Shown: in pieces, positions 29,127 through 40,486 of the stretch
How positions within the stretch are numbered: position 1 is the first letter of the stretch
How the letters are laid out: the number at the start of each line of letters is the position of its first letter
The notes under the pieces: model-generated
What the model was told of the DNA's origin: nothing
Seen by the model: the letters and a program-made list of their open reading frames with translations, nothing else
Databases searched by the model: none
Program-made: the position numbers and the translations under genes
Source of the DNA: Verrucomicrobiota bacterium
GTDB taxonomy: Bacteria; Verrucomicrobiota; Verrucomicrobiia; Opitutales; Cerasicoccaceae
Assembly (NCBI GenBank): GCA_039818205.1
Contig: JBCBUK010000006.1
Span: 32,001 to 96,000 of the forward strand
Direction: 5' to 3'
Length of the DNA stretch: 64,000 nucleotides

Positions 29127-31265
29127 TCAAAAGTCTTCCGCAAGTGGGAGCTTGATTCCATCAAGCCATTCGGTATGGCGCAGATCGTTCCAGTCGGCGT
29201 TGGTTGGAGCAATCAGCCAAACGAATACCGTGGGCCCGGTAATGGTCGTTTCATAGATGGCCTGAGTGGCCGGAAACCGAATGGTGAACTCCGGGCTATA
29301 CCATCCAGCTTCAAATGGCTCACCCTGGCCCCGATAGGTATTCAGCTCCCAGCGGTGTTGCCCGAGTGGTGCCACGCGCAAGTTTGCGCCTTCTGGGTCA
29401 GCGGTCACTAGCTCGGTGCCTTCAGTCTCCACAATCCGATCGGGGTGAAACAACCAGCGAATCGAGACGTCCGTTGGTTCAAATGTGATGACCTCGTCGA
29501 AAACCACCCAGCCAATGCCACGCCTGTAGTGGACCACGCGAGTGTGCTCGCGGGGCCCGTTGCCCTCACCTGCGTTTGCGGGGAATGAAACGGTTGCACC
29601 GAAGCGGTCCAGGTCCGGAGTTATCTCGGCCAAGGTATGCATTGGCGCGCTTACTTTCTTGGGCCCCGTCAACGGTTGTTGGTCATCAAGGAGCAGCACA
29701 TTGTGCCCGGTAGGTCCTTTAAAGTAATCGCGAGTGGTTCCTGGCGTGTAGTCGTAGCGACCGCTGTCGACCAGAAAATCTTTGCCGCCGAGGGATACCG
29801 AGAGGTGCAGCTTATCACGATGCTGGTGATCGCTGCCATAGGGGCCAATGTCGAAAAACGCCCATTGAGCATTGGCATCCCAGCCATCGCGCATGATTGC
29901 GTGCCCAGCCCAGGGAAAGTAGCGCGAGGGGATGCCCTCGGGTTCGGTGCCACTGCTTCCACTGCTGACAAGGAATTCCCAATCCGGGTGGTCAAACCAG
30001 CGCAACGCGCGAGCCAGTTCTGTGCGATTGTCCTCGAGGTCTGAGTCGTTGTTGAGGGGGCCAAAGCCCGATGGCCGCATCACGTAGGCAAAGTAGTTCC
30101 ACATCGACTCGATGGCTGGCTTTATGCGGGCAATCAAGTCTCTGGCTTCACCAATCTCGAGTAGTTCTAGAAACCGTTGGAGACTACCCAGTGCCACGAG
30201 ATGGTAGTGGTTTGTCAGTTCCTCGTATGAGCCATCGGGGTATACCTGTTTGCCCATCAGGCCCATGACGGAATTCGTGGAGTCCTCCAGCCACCTGGGC
30301 GCGCCTTTAAACTCTGGAAAGGCGACGGCAAGTTGGGCCAGCATGACTTTCTCTGTCAGCAGGTGATTCCCATGAAACGAGGGATAATTCAACAAGGCAT
30401 CTGCATGGTCGGGCATTGATGAAATCATCAAGAGCCGAGTCTCCGGGGAAAAGCCTTTGGCATGTCGCAGCCGGATCAGCGTATCGATCCAGGACTTGTC
30501 GATTCGTCGAGCGACCTCGAGTGGCCGCCAAGGGGCGGAAAACGATCGGCTTTCCGGGTATTCATTAGCGAGCACCCAGTTGGCAATGTGGTCATCAACG
30601 ATCTCAACATAACGGGGATCTCCCGTGACTTCCCAGAGCGAAACTGCCCGCGGCAAATAGCCCATACGATTGAGCCACCAGGCCCATTCTGGGTCGTTCC
30701 GCGGGCCTTGATGCTCCCAATCATACAATCCGTTCTTATCCCGGGGTTGCCGCCCAAAAACATGTCCTTGCGTAAAGACATCGATCAGCGCCGCTTCGAC
30801 CAAGACGTAGTCCAAGTGAGACGGTGGTCCGTTGTTGATCAGCATGACGTCCGCCCATTCTTTGGACCGGTAGTGTTCCACCAGCGCAAGCGCCGTCGCA
30901 TTCAGATCTCCGACCTCATAGAGCTCGCGGACTTGTTCCAGGCCCGGATAGTCGAGATTGAGCTGGTCGAACAGGACCTCCAGCCTCCTGGTGTCTAGGT
31001 CGAGTTGATAGCTTCCACCAACGAGTGCCTGATCCGCTTCCAGCCTGGTTGGATTCCAATCGATCGACTTCGGCGGTTCCCAGGTTTGCGATGCCTTGAT
31101 GATTGGCGCGAGGAGCGGCATGAGTCGCTCATCCCAATAGGTCTCGGGATCATCGACGACCTCGTTCGTTGTCGATTCCTGCCCGGTGAGGACATTGCAC
31201 AGGCAGATTCCCCACAGCAAAATCACGCGTCGGGCGAGAGGCAACCTACCAGTCCAAGTCCCCAT
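29127..31265 (-). CDS. Heparinase II/III-family polysaccharide lyase
   Basis: Signal peptide; WWLNR, GNH, Q.YPDG...E....YH, P..NDS, H.H.D.L, LVDSGRY.Y, HN. Confidence 0.85.
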   Translation of the reverse strand: MGTWTGRLPLARRVILLWGICLCNVLTGQESTTNEVVDDPETYWDERLMPLLAPIIKASQTWEPPKSIDWNPTRLEADQALVGGSYQLDLDTRRLEVLFDQLNLDYPGLEQVRELYEVGDLNATALALVEHYRSKEWADVMLINNGPPSHLDYVLVEAALIDVFTQGHVFGRQPRDKNGLYDWEHQGPRNDPEWAWWLNRMGYLPRAVSLWEVTGDPRYVEIVDDHIANWVLANEYPESRSFSAPWRPLEVARRIDKSWIDTLIRLRHAKGFSPETRLLMISSMPDHADALLNYPSFHGNHLLTEKVMLAQLAVAFPEFKGAPRWLEDSTNSVMGLMGKQVYPDGSYEELTNHYHLVALGSLQRFLELLEIGEARDLIARIKPAIESMWNYFAYVMRPSGFGPLNNDSDLEDNRTELARALRWFDHPDWEFLVSSGSSGTEPEGIPSRYFPWAGHAIMRDGWDANAQWAFFDIGPYGSDHQHRDKLHLSVSLGGKDFLVDSGRYDYTPGTTRDYFKGPTGHNVLLLDDQQPLTGPKKVSAPMHTLAEITPDLDRFGATVSFPANAGEGNGPREHTRVVHYRRGIGWVVFDEVITFEPTDVSIRWLFHPDRIVETEGTELVTADPEGANLRVAPLGQHRWELNTYRGQGEPFEAGWYSPEFTIRFPATQAIYETTITGPTVFVWLIAPTNADWNDLRHTEWLDGIKLPLAEDF

Positions 31266-31271
31266 TCGAGC

Positions 31272-31517
31272 TTACTTGGAGAGATCTTTGCCGAACAGAC
31301 GGCCAATCGGGCCACTGATCAGCCACAGCGAGAGGCCGATGGCGATCGCAACGACGGGCCGAACAATTTGGCTCACCACAAAGTACAACCAGTAGGAGGG
31401 GTTGAAATCGCCAACTCCTTCAATCACGTTGGCCACTAGCAGCCACAGACCGAGGGCGCCCATGAACAGCGCGATTAGGCGGACACCAAGAATAGCGTGT
31501 GCGGTTGTCGTATTCAT
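31272..31517 (-). CDS. Small 2-TM membrane protein
   Basis: 81 aa with two hydrophobic helices; ends 6 nt before the lyase start. Confidence 0.65.
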   Translation of the reverse strand: MNTTTAHAILGVRLIALFMGALGLWLLVANVIEGVGDFNPSYWLYFVVSQIVRPVVAIAIGLSLWLISGPIGRLFGKDLSK

Positions 31518-31593
31518 GACCCGTGAGCCTAAGGGGCTCGCGCCGCAAAAGGAAAGCTCCGAATCTCGTTACAAATCAACCGAATAAGTGCAA

Positions 31594-32541
31594 TTAGCTG
31601 AAGCGCAGCCGTGGATTAATGGTGGCTTGGAGTAGCTCCGCGACTAAGTTGAGCAGGATCAGCAGTGCGGCATAGAACAACGCACAGCCAATGACCAGGG
31701 TTTCGTCGCGGTTGATGGCGGCCTCCACGAAAAATCGCCCTAACCCGGGCACTCGAAAAATCGTTTCAACCACAAAGGAGCCGCTCACCAGGCCCGCAGC
31801 AGCGGGTCCCAGAAATGACAGTACGGGCAAGATGCCGTTGCGCAGGCCATGAATCCCGTAGACTCGCCAGTCACTAAGGCCTTTAGCGTAGGCGGTGCGC
31901 ATGTAGTCTTGGGTTCGCACGTCGAGCATGCTCGCTCGGGTTAGCCGTGCGACGTAGGCCGCATAAAATAAGCCCAGGGTGAGCGCCGGGAGAACGCGAT
32001 CACCCGAGGTGAACCATCCGGATACGTTAAACCAGCCCAGGTTCAGCGCAAGTATAAGGACCAAGATTGGGCCAAGCACAAAGGTCGGTAGACAAATACC
32101 GAGCATCGCTAAACTCATCGGGACATGGTCGGACCAGCTATGCGGCTTGTACGCAGCTAGGACCCCCACCAAGACCCCAACGCTAAGGGCAATGACCAAG
32201 GCATAAAAACCAAGTTCCATTGACACCTTGATCTTCGGCCCCATTAGTTCGGCAACCGTCCAGCCCTCATAGCGAGTGGAATCTCCAAGGTCTCCCTGGA
32301 TCAGTCCTTGGGTTTGCCCATCGGGGCGCTTTGCCACGCCCAAGAATCTCAAATACTGCAGCCAGATGGGATCGTTGAAACCGTATTGGCGTTCAATCGA
32401 CTCCCGGACGAAATCTGGCACGTCTTTCTCGCGATCGAAGGCGTTGCCCGGGGCCAGGCGCATCATGAAAAACGCCATCGATGCCATGATTATTAGCACC
32501 GGAATGGTTTCCAGCAGGCGTTTAAGTATGAGCGTTCCCAT
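31594..32541 (-). CDS. oppB: Oligopeptide ABC transporter permease (OppB/DppB)
   Basis: KRLL..IP.L, GDLG.S, RLTRASML.V..QDY.RTA.AKGL, GSFVVETIF..PGLG. Confidence 0.88.
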   Translation of the reverse strand: MGTLILKRLLETIPVLIIMASMAFFMMRLAPGNAFDREKDVPDFVRESIERQYGFNDPIWLQYLRFLGVAKRPDGQTQGLIQGDLGDSTRYEGWTVAELMGPKIKVSMELGFYALVIALSVGVLVGVLAAYKPHSWSDHVPMSLAMLGICLPTFVLGPILVLILALNLGWFNVSGWFTSGDRVLPALTLGLFYAAYVARLTRASMLDVRTQDYMRTAYAKGLSDWRVYGIHGLRNGILPVLSFLGPAAAGLVSGSFVVETIFRVPGLGRFFVEAAINRDETLVIGCALFYAALLILLNLVAELLQATINPRLRFS

Positions 32542-32613
32542 CGACTGGCTAACTACAGCAAGCTCTCTGCCGTTTTCCAAGAACGGAAATGGAGGTTTCG
32601 TTCCCTAAGCCTG

Positions 32614-33387
32614 CTAACGTTTCCTCGCATAGATGAATTGAGAGACGCCGAAGCAGCGGACGCCCGGGATGGATTCGGCGGACTGAGAAACCTTGCGAAG
32701 TGTGGGGCGGAGTTTTTGCAGCCATCCTGATTGGTCTCCGGAGATGCCTTCAAAGGTTTGCCATACGTAGGTCAGCTCCACGATTTCAAACCCGGCTTCG
32801 CGGATCATCTTGCGGAGCTGCCAGGGCCAGTAATTGCGCGCCCAATAGTCGAGGAAACGCTCACCAATTGGCAAAGGAAGGTAGGGCACGAAGGGCGTCC
32901 AAACCGGCAGCGATTTCCGGGTCTCAGGCTTAAGAGGCGCATTGCTTTTGAGGAAGACCCCATGCGACTCAAATGGGTAGAGGCGATTCGGCGAGAAGAC
33001 GAACAGGCGTCCGCCCTTGGCGAGGACACGGTGTGTTTCTACGAGGGCGCTACGATCGTCGGGCACGTGTTCTAGCACCTCGTTGAGCAAGAGGATCTCG
33101 AACTCGCCATCGTCGAATGGTAGCGCTTCCAAGTCGCCTTGTTGAACTGTTTCTGGTCCAAGACCCTTTGCCCGTGCCCGCTCGACTTTTTCGGGTAAAA
33201 ACTCAATTCCTTTCGCTTGCCAGCCTAAGGAATGGCAAGCCTTGACGTAATCGCCTGCGCCGCAACCGCCATCAAGAAACCGGGGCGCATCCACACCGTC
33301 GCAATGTTTTTGGAGAATTGAGAGCCGCTTCAATAGGTTGAGCGGCTTAGCGGTGTCGCCACCCGCAATGGCAATGGATTGCGGCAT
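32614..33387 (-). CDS. Class I SAM-dependent methyltransferase
   Basis: FLDGGCGAG, GDLEALPF.D.EF, VLEHV.D, RVL..GG. Confidence 0.9.
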   Translation of the reverse strand: MPQSIAIAGGDTAKPLNLLKRLSILQKHCDGVDAPRFLDGGCGAGDYVKACHSLGWQAKGIEFLPEKVERARAKGLGPETVQQGDLEALPFDDGEFEILLLNEVLEHVPDDRSALVETHRVLAKGGRLFVFSPNRLYPFESHGVFLKSNAPLKPETRKSLPVWTPFVPYLPLPIGERFLDYWARNYWPWQLRKMIREAGFEIVELTYVWQTFEGISGDQSGWLQKLRPTLRKVSQSAESIPGVRCFGVSQFIYARKR

Positions 33388-33392
33388 CGGAT

Positions 33393-34709
33393 CTAGTTCG
33401 ACATTAGCAGCTCGTCCAGCGGGGTTGGTGCCTTGGCGGGTGCAATGGTCGGAAAATAGTTGATCGCTTCGGACTTACGCCCGACCCCAACTAAGCTGGA
33501 AAAGTAAGCCAGCCGAAACAGATCGTCCTGCGCGTCGCTGCCGCCGACCCGCGGTAGCAAATCAACTTTTGGTTCGATGGCTTGCAGCGCGCGGGAGTGG
33601 TCGCCCTGGCCCCAGGCGGCGCACGCTGCGCTGAAGTCGGCCCCGATGGTGTTCCAGGTGTTTTGCGCCTCGGTATCGGAACCCATCGCGCGTTCGCGGG
33701 CTTTGGCGACAGCAGCCTCGGCGGCTTCGACCTGGCCCGCACGCCCCAAGGCGTAGAGAAAGTGGCCTTCGAGGAACGGGATGATGCACTCGCCCGCGTG
33801 TGGGGCAACGTAGGCGGCGACTTCTTGCCAAAGCTCATCACTGGCTGGCGCTCCGGCTAAATCCATCCGCCACATGAGCGCAATCGCGTCGACTTGTTCG
33901 CCAACGTATTCAGGCATGATTCCCCAGATGTCTGACCTGAGGAGTTCGTCGCTGCGGGCCCAATCAGTCTGTTCTACGTAGAACAACGCCCGGTGCCATG
34001 CATTGTGGGCGTGGATGCCCCGGGCGCACTCCGGCCAGAATGCGGAAAAGCGTTCCATCTCGCGGACGCCTTCGTCGAGCTTGCCGGTGCGAATCAACAA
34101 GTGAGCGAGGGTGTGGTGCGACCAGGCCTGGCCGGGTGTCTGTTCCAAGGATACTTCCGCAGCAGCGCGGGCTTCGCCGTAGCGACCACACAGTTCAAAA
34201 GCAAAGGAGAGCATCGACAAAAAGCCTGGGTGATTACCATTGGCTTCCCGGAGGCGCATCATGTGCCAGAGGAAGCGCTCAGCGTTATAGTGTTGGCCGT
34301 GACAGTAGTACAGGAACTCCGAAATCTTGGCGGCTACGAGGTCCAGGGGATACTCGGTCGTGAGTTGCTCGAGTTGGTCGAGCGCCTTGTCAAATTCTCG
34401 CTGTTGGAAATAGTCGATTGCGGTTACGAACTGAATTTCCCGAGGCGTGGCGTCGGCCAACAACGCCCGCGCTCGTTCCAGCGGTTTCGCTGCCTCGGCC
34501 ATAGGGCCTGCTGCTTGCGAATAAATCATCAGCATGGCGGCATAGGCTTGAATCAAGGGGGTCGCTGGGTAGGTGTCGGCTTGCTTGAGGATGTCTTCGG
34601 CTCCTGGCAAAATGCCCAAGAGATTGTCTTCAAACGCTTCGATGGCGGCAACCGCTTCTTCGGATTCGGCGGTAACATCTAAGCCCCGCTGGGTTTTTAG
34701 CAATGGCAT
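33393..34709 (-). CDS. TTC38 (tetratricopeptide repeat protein 38)-family protein
   Basis: AFELCG.Y..A, AW.HH..AH, H..WH.AL, GGS.AQ.DLF. Confidence 0.8.
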   Translation of the reverse strand: MPLLKTQRGLDVTAESEEAVAAIEAFEDNLLGILPGAEDILKQADTYPATPLIQAYAAMLMIYSQAAGPMAEAAKPLERARALLADATPREIQFVTAIDYFQQREFDKALDQLEQLTTEYPLDLVAAKISEFLYYCHGQHYNAERFLWHMMRLREANGNHPGFLSMLSFAFELCGRYGEARAAAEVSLEQTPGQAWSHHTLAHLLIRTGKLDEGVREMERFSAFWPECARGIHAHNAWHRALFYVEQTDWARSDELLRSDIWGIMPEYVGEQVDAIALMWRMDLAGAPASDELWQEVAAYVAPHAGECIIPFLEGHFLYALGRAGQVEAAEAAVAKARERAMGSDTEAQNTWNTIGADFSAACAAWGQGDHSRALQAIEPKVDLLPRVGGSDAQDDLFRLAYFSSLVGVGRKSEAINYFPTIAPAKAPTPLDELLMSN

Positions 34710-34849
34710 GGGTGGAGCCTGGACGACGTCGACCGAAAACTCAACTTCAAGCCAGTGAACGAATCAAATTGTTTCATGGTGGCATTGACCGTTGATTCCT
34801 CGCTATCAAAGCTTGCCTCCGGCTAGAGCCTCCGAACAAGATACAGCTG

Positions 34850-35668
34850 ATGGATGAGTCGTATTTTGCTGAGGAGCCTGCATTTACCAAGGTCGAATCC
34901 CTCTTTTTACGCGGCCGAAACATCCTCCTGACCCGGGCTGATCTGGCACCATTGATGGATCAATGGCGAGATCATATCTCGCGGAATCATCTGGAGTTGC
35001 CGGTCGAACTGAAGGGGATGTTTCAGCGTGCCTTGGCGTGTTTTGCCCTTCATTGTGTTTCGCGCCCGCGCCGACAAACGCTTTCCTGGACCATTAATTT
35101 TCAGGAGCCGTTGGTGAATATGTTTTTAGTGGGCGATACCGACGAAGATTCCGTCGCGGGGCGCATCTTTGTGGACAACGTTGCGGAATCTGAACGCAAT
35201 AATTTCTACCAGGAAATTGGCAAGCGGGGGCAGGATCCATACCGTAGCTACATCGACTTTGAGAGCCGTGATCCGCTCGTGGCGGCCGAAGAATTCTATC
35301 GTCGCAGCGAGCAGCGACCCGCCCGCTTTTTTGCGTTGTCCGAAACCCGTTACGTGATGTTGAGTGCGCACCCGGATTGGGACCGCGATTGGTTTCACAG
35401 CATTGGTGAGGACGATGTTTTCACCCTCGATGAAAAAGAGGACCTGCACGATATCGAGTCACGCAAGGTAAAATGGGAATGTGGTTGCAGCGACCAACGA
35501 ATTTTTGCCGCCTTGGCTCCCATCTTCAGCCATTCTCCGGATGAGTTGTTTGGCGGAGATCCGATCATCACGGTCAACTGCCCCCGGTGCTCAGCAAAAT
35601 TCGGCATTACCCGCGAGGCAATGGAAGGTTGGATGGCCCAGCAAAACGATTCTAGCCAAAGCGCTTAG
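34850..35668 (+). CDS. hslO: Hsp33 redox-regulated chaperone
   Basis: C-terminal CGCS...CPRC zinc switch; YRRSEQRP. Confidence 0.8.
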   Translation: MDESYFAEEPAFTKVESLFLRGRNILLTRADLAPLMDQWRDHISRNHLELPVELKGMFQRALACFALHCVSRPRRQTLSWTINFQEPLVNMFLVGDTDEDSVAGRIFVDNVAESERNNFYQEIGKRGQDPYRSYIDFESRDPLVAAEEFYRRSEQRPARFFALSETRYVMLSAHPDWDRDWFHSIGEDDVFTLDEKEDLHDIESRKVKWECGCSDQRIFAALAPIFSHSPDELFGGDPIITVNCPRCSAKFGITREAMEGWMAQQNDSSQSA

Positions 35669-35673
35669 CCCTC

Positions 35674-37098
35674 CTAGAAATCAACCACCCAGAAGCTCCC
35701 TTGGGAAACCTTGGAGGCCTGTTGGGCGGGGATCCAGCGCTCTTCAAATTCTGGGCCCCAAGAGTCGGTGACCGCAATTTCGTCGGTCTCTTCATTGTAG
35801 CCAACAATGAGGCACATGTGACCCATTTCGCGATCGGCTTCAAGGTCATCGACGTCCTTGAGTTTGTCTTTGAGCTCGTCCTTCCACTCCTTGGCGGTGG
35901 CAAACTGCTTACGGCTACTGGTAAAGGCATTCACCAGGGCGTTGTATTCGGTGGTTGAGTACATGCCCCACATGACGGGTTGCCCTTGGTCGATATACTT
36001 TGCGATGGCGCTGGCCTTGAGGCGGACATTGACGTCTTCGAGTTTGCGACCCGCGCTCTTGACGTATCGCTCGGTGCCTTCGACTAAATCGCTCGCGTAG
36101 GTTCCGCCACCAATTGCGGTCTCGCCAGCCATTGCTAGCAAATACATGTCCGCGCGGATGCCCATATACCGCAGGGTTCGTTCGAGCGTGGCTGGCACGC
36201 AATAGCCCTTGGGTCCCTGATTGACCATAGGAATGTTGCGAATGATGACATCGCCGTTGCCGCGCTCTTCCACGTTGGCTTTCGCGGCGGATTTCAGCTC
36301 GGACGTTGCGACCCGTTCTGGCCGGCCGCGGTTGTCGGCAAGTTTGGTTGGCATGATGCGTAGCGCGACGTATTCTTCATCCTGAACGGCGAGCAGGATG
36401 GCGTGACCATTCCAGTCCCATCGCTGCAGGCGCTCTTTCATGCTCCTGCCGGCTGCCGTGGTTTGTTGTTCGGCCGGGCCTAAGGTTGCGAGTTTTTGCT
36501 CCAGCGTCTTGCCATCCGCTTCAACCGCGGTTTTGACGGCCTCCTTGATTTGTTTTTTGCTCATCGCGAAGGCGTTTCCGGCGGAATCACCTTTGTTGGC
36601 AAAGACGATTGAGATCATGTCGACCTTGCCATCCTGGCCGTAAAGGGCCGAGGAGTGGGGGCGGGCAGATAAGATGCGGTCGTCTTCGCCGTTGTATTTG
36701 CGGAAACTGGATTGAGACTGCGTTTTTGATTCCTGGGGCCAGTCAAGGCGCTTGGCAACCTCGGCGGCATTGTCATCCCACAGGTTGCCGTCGGTAAACA
36801 ACTCAACGCCGAGGAGTTCATTCATCTGCTTGATTTCATCGGCGTCCACTTCCTTGGGCGCAGGTGGTGTCCAGTTGCGGACAAACTCCTGATCAGCGTC
36901 GGACAGACGGTTGAGGGGAATCGTAAACTGTTTGCCATCGTCCCGAAGGATCGTGACTTTATCGCCACCAGTGTATTCGACGATTTCGGCTTCCATGGTT
37001 CGACCCGATGCGTCAGTAAACGTTCGGGCGGAGACAAGCGAACAACCAAGGGCTAGTGCGGTGATCGCAATTTTGAGGTAGGGGGGACGTTCAAACAT
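35674..37098 (-). CDS. Exported SHD1-domain protein with C-terminal papain-like (C39-like) peptidase
   Basis: RTFTDASGR..EA...IPL..LS.ADQEFV (SHD1); NQGPKGYC, HMCLIVGYN, DSWG catalytic motifs. Confidence 0.8.
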   Translation of the reverse strand: MFERPPYLKIAITALALGCSLVSARTFTDASGRTMEAEIVEYTGGDKVTILRDDGKQFTIPLNRLSDADQEFVRNWTPPAPKEVDADEIKQMNELLGVELFTDGNLWDDNAAEVAKRLDWPQESKTQSQSSFRKYNGEDDRILSARPHSSALYGQDGKVDMISIVFANKGDSAGNAFAMSKKQIKEAVKTAVEADGKTLEQKLATLGPAEQQTTAAGRSMKERLQRWDWNGHAILLAVQDEEYVALRIMPTKLADNRGRPERVATSELKSAAKANVEERGNGDVIIRNIPMVNQGPKGYCVPATLERTLRYMGIRADMYLLAMAGETAIGGGTYASDLVEGTERYVKSAGRKLEDVNVRLKASAIAKYIDQGQPVMWGMYSTTEYNALVNAFTSSRKQFATAKEWKDELKDKLKDVDDLEADREMGHMCLIVGYNEETDEIAVTDSWGPEFEERWIPAQQASKVSQGSFWVVDF

Positions 37099-37143
37099 GG
37101 TTATCCTTTAGGACAGCGATTCTCGGGAAATGTCTCGAAGATA

Positions 37144-38373
37144 TTAGGCTGCGGGTGCCCGCCTGTTCCAGACGCGGCGGTCCAGAATCCAGAGGACCAC
37201 AAAGACCATGACCGTGAAATAAACACTGGCCATAAGTAATATCACATACAATTCATCGAAGGACTCATTGACGAGATTTTGACGCATCACTTCAGCATCT
37301 TCGACTAGGGCTCGGCGCTCGCTGGATAACAGCTGCTCAACGCTGCGCAACTGCTCGTTTAGGTCCTCGGTCAGAGCAATTCGATTTAGGGCAACCTCAT
37401 CCATGACGATCTTGCGCTCTCCCGCAAGGTCCCGCATGATCACCTGGCGTTCAGCCTGTAACGCTGTAATTGAGCGATCCAGCTTCGCCTCAAGATCTTG
37501 CATAATCGCAATTCGTTCTTGAGTAAGCATTTCCGGAATATTCGCCATGGTTTTCTCGGCCTGGTTGAGCGTTGCTTGTGAGTCGAGTAATAGCGCATCC
37601 ACCCGCTCAGCAACGCCCTCAGGATCGATTGGACCGAGGTTCTCGTAAGCAAGAATTTCCATTTCCCAACGGGCTTGGCTCGGCAATTGAGCGCTCAGGA
37701 CGTCGATCTTGTAGTTCAGGTCGTCCATTGTGGTCACTACTGCATCCACTGCCGCCCCGATGGACATATCGAGTTCCATGCTGATCTCGGAGGCGTCTTC
37801 GTAGATGGATTCACGGGACTCCAAGCTGCCCATTATTGGGTGTTCGCTCGCCCATTCCCGCATGACGAATCGGGCCTTGCCTGGGTCGCCGGTGGTGGTC
37901 ACGCTGTCCATATACTCCCGGATAGTATCAGCAATCTCTTTGGTGCAATCGTAAGCTATTGGTGCGTAAGACTTAAAGTCATCCGATCCTTGCCCGTTTT
38001 CGAAGTAATCCATCATCTGGTAGCTCAGGGCCAGCGTATCGAGGACGGCAAACTTCGGGTTGTTGGCAAATAGCGTCTCCCGGTAGAGCGGCACGGCAGT
38101 CGCTTTCCATTTGATGGCGGCCAGTCGCACGTCGGGATCATCGGTTTGCTCCATGATCTCGTTGGCGGTATCGATAATGCCTCCGGTGATCGGATTGATC
38201 GTTGCTCGGGCTTGCAAGCGGAGTTGTTCGCGAGTCACCCGCAGTCCTTCGATCATTTCCGCGCGTTCGTTGACCTGCCCAAAAATCAGGCTGCGGCAAC
38301 CCGTTAAGTTGAGTGCAAACAGCAAGAGAAGGGCGCCGAGCAGCGGGCGGAGGCAATGAGCAGCGAGCGTCAT
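37144..38373 (-). CDS. Lipoprotein with hendecad coiled coil and C-terminal TM helix
   Basis: Lipobox LTGC; eight 11-residue repeats; C-terminal hydrophobic helix followed by RR. Confidence 0.75.
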   Translation of the reverse strand: MTLAAHCLRPLLGALLLLFALNLTGCRSLIFGQVNERAEMIEGLRVTREQLRLQARATINPITGGIIDTANEIMEQTDDPDVRLAAIKWKATAVPLYRETLFANNPKFAVLDTLALSYQMMDYFENGQGSDDFKSYAPIAYDCTKEIADTIREYMDSVTTTGDPGKARFVMREWASEHPIMGSLESRESIYEDASEISMELDMSIGAAVDAVVTTMDDLNYKIDVLSAQLPSQARWEMEILAYENLGPIDPEGVAERVDALLLDSQATLNQAEKTMANIPEMLTQERIAIMQDLEAKLDRSITALQAERQVIMRDLAGERKIVMDEVALNRIALTEDLNEQLRSVEQLLSSERRALVEDAEVMRQNLVNESFDELYVILLMASVYFTVMVFVVLWILDRRVWNRRAPAA

Positions 38374-38613
38374 TTGCCCCTCATTGAGAGCGATTTACGC
38401 GTTCATGACAAGGCCTTAGCCGTCTATAGAGCACCGACATCATTCGGCGTTTTCGCGCTTGCCAGGGGTGGGTGAATCTGGCTTTATGGGATGTTTTCGC
38501 TCGGGCGAGTTTCTCGCTGGGGCTTTCGTTTTATTCACTGATTAACCAATCTACTTAACATTCAACCCGAATTTGGGGCCTGCTCCAAGTTCGTACATCC
38601 TACCAAACCACAT

Positions 38614-40275
<1,662 letters not shown>

Positions 40276-40298
40276 GCCCAACACACGACGCTTTAACC

Positions 40299-40330
40299 AA
40301 AACCCCGGTCACTTACGGCCGGGGTTTTTT
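40299..40330 (+). terminator. Rho-independent terminator of rpsA (possibly bidirectional)
   Basis: AAAACCCCGGTC-acttac-GGCCGGGGTTTTTT. Confidence 0.9.
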
Positions 40331-40486
40331 CGAACCCCAACGTGCCGTTGGATCCAGTCTGCCACTCGCATTGCTCGAACGGAACATGGAACTAGGCGAA
40401 GTGGTGCGCTCCGAACCGCACGTTGGTGGGGTTAGCGGCACGTTTTCGAGGTCCTGAAAGTCATGGCACCTTGCGGTTAAGATTGG

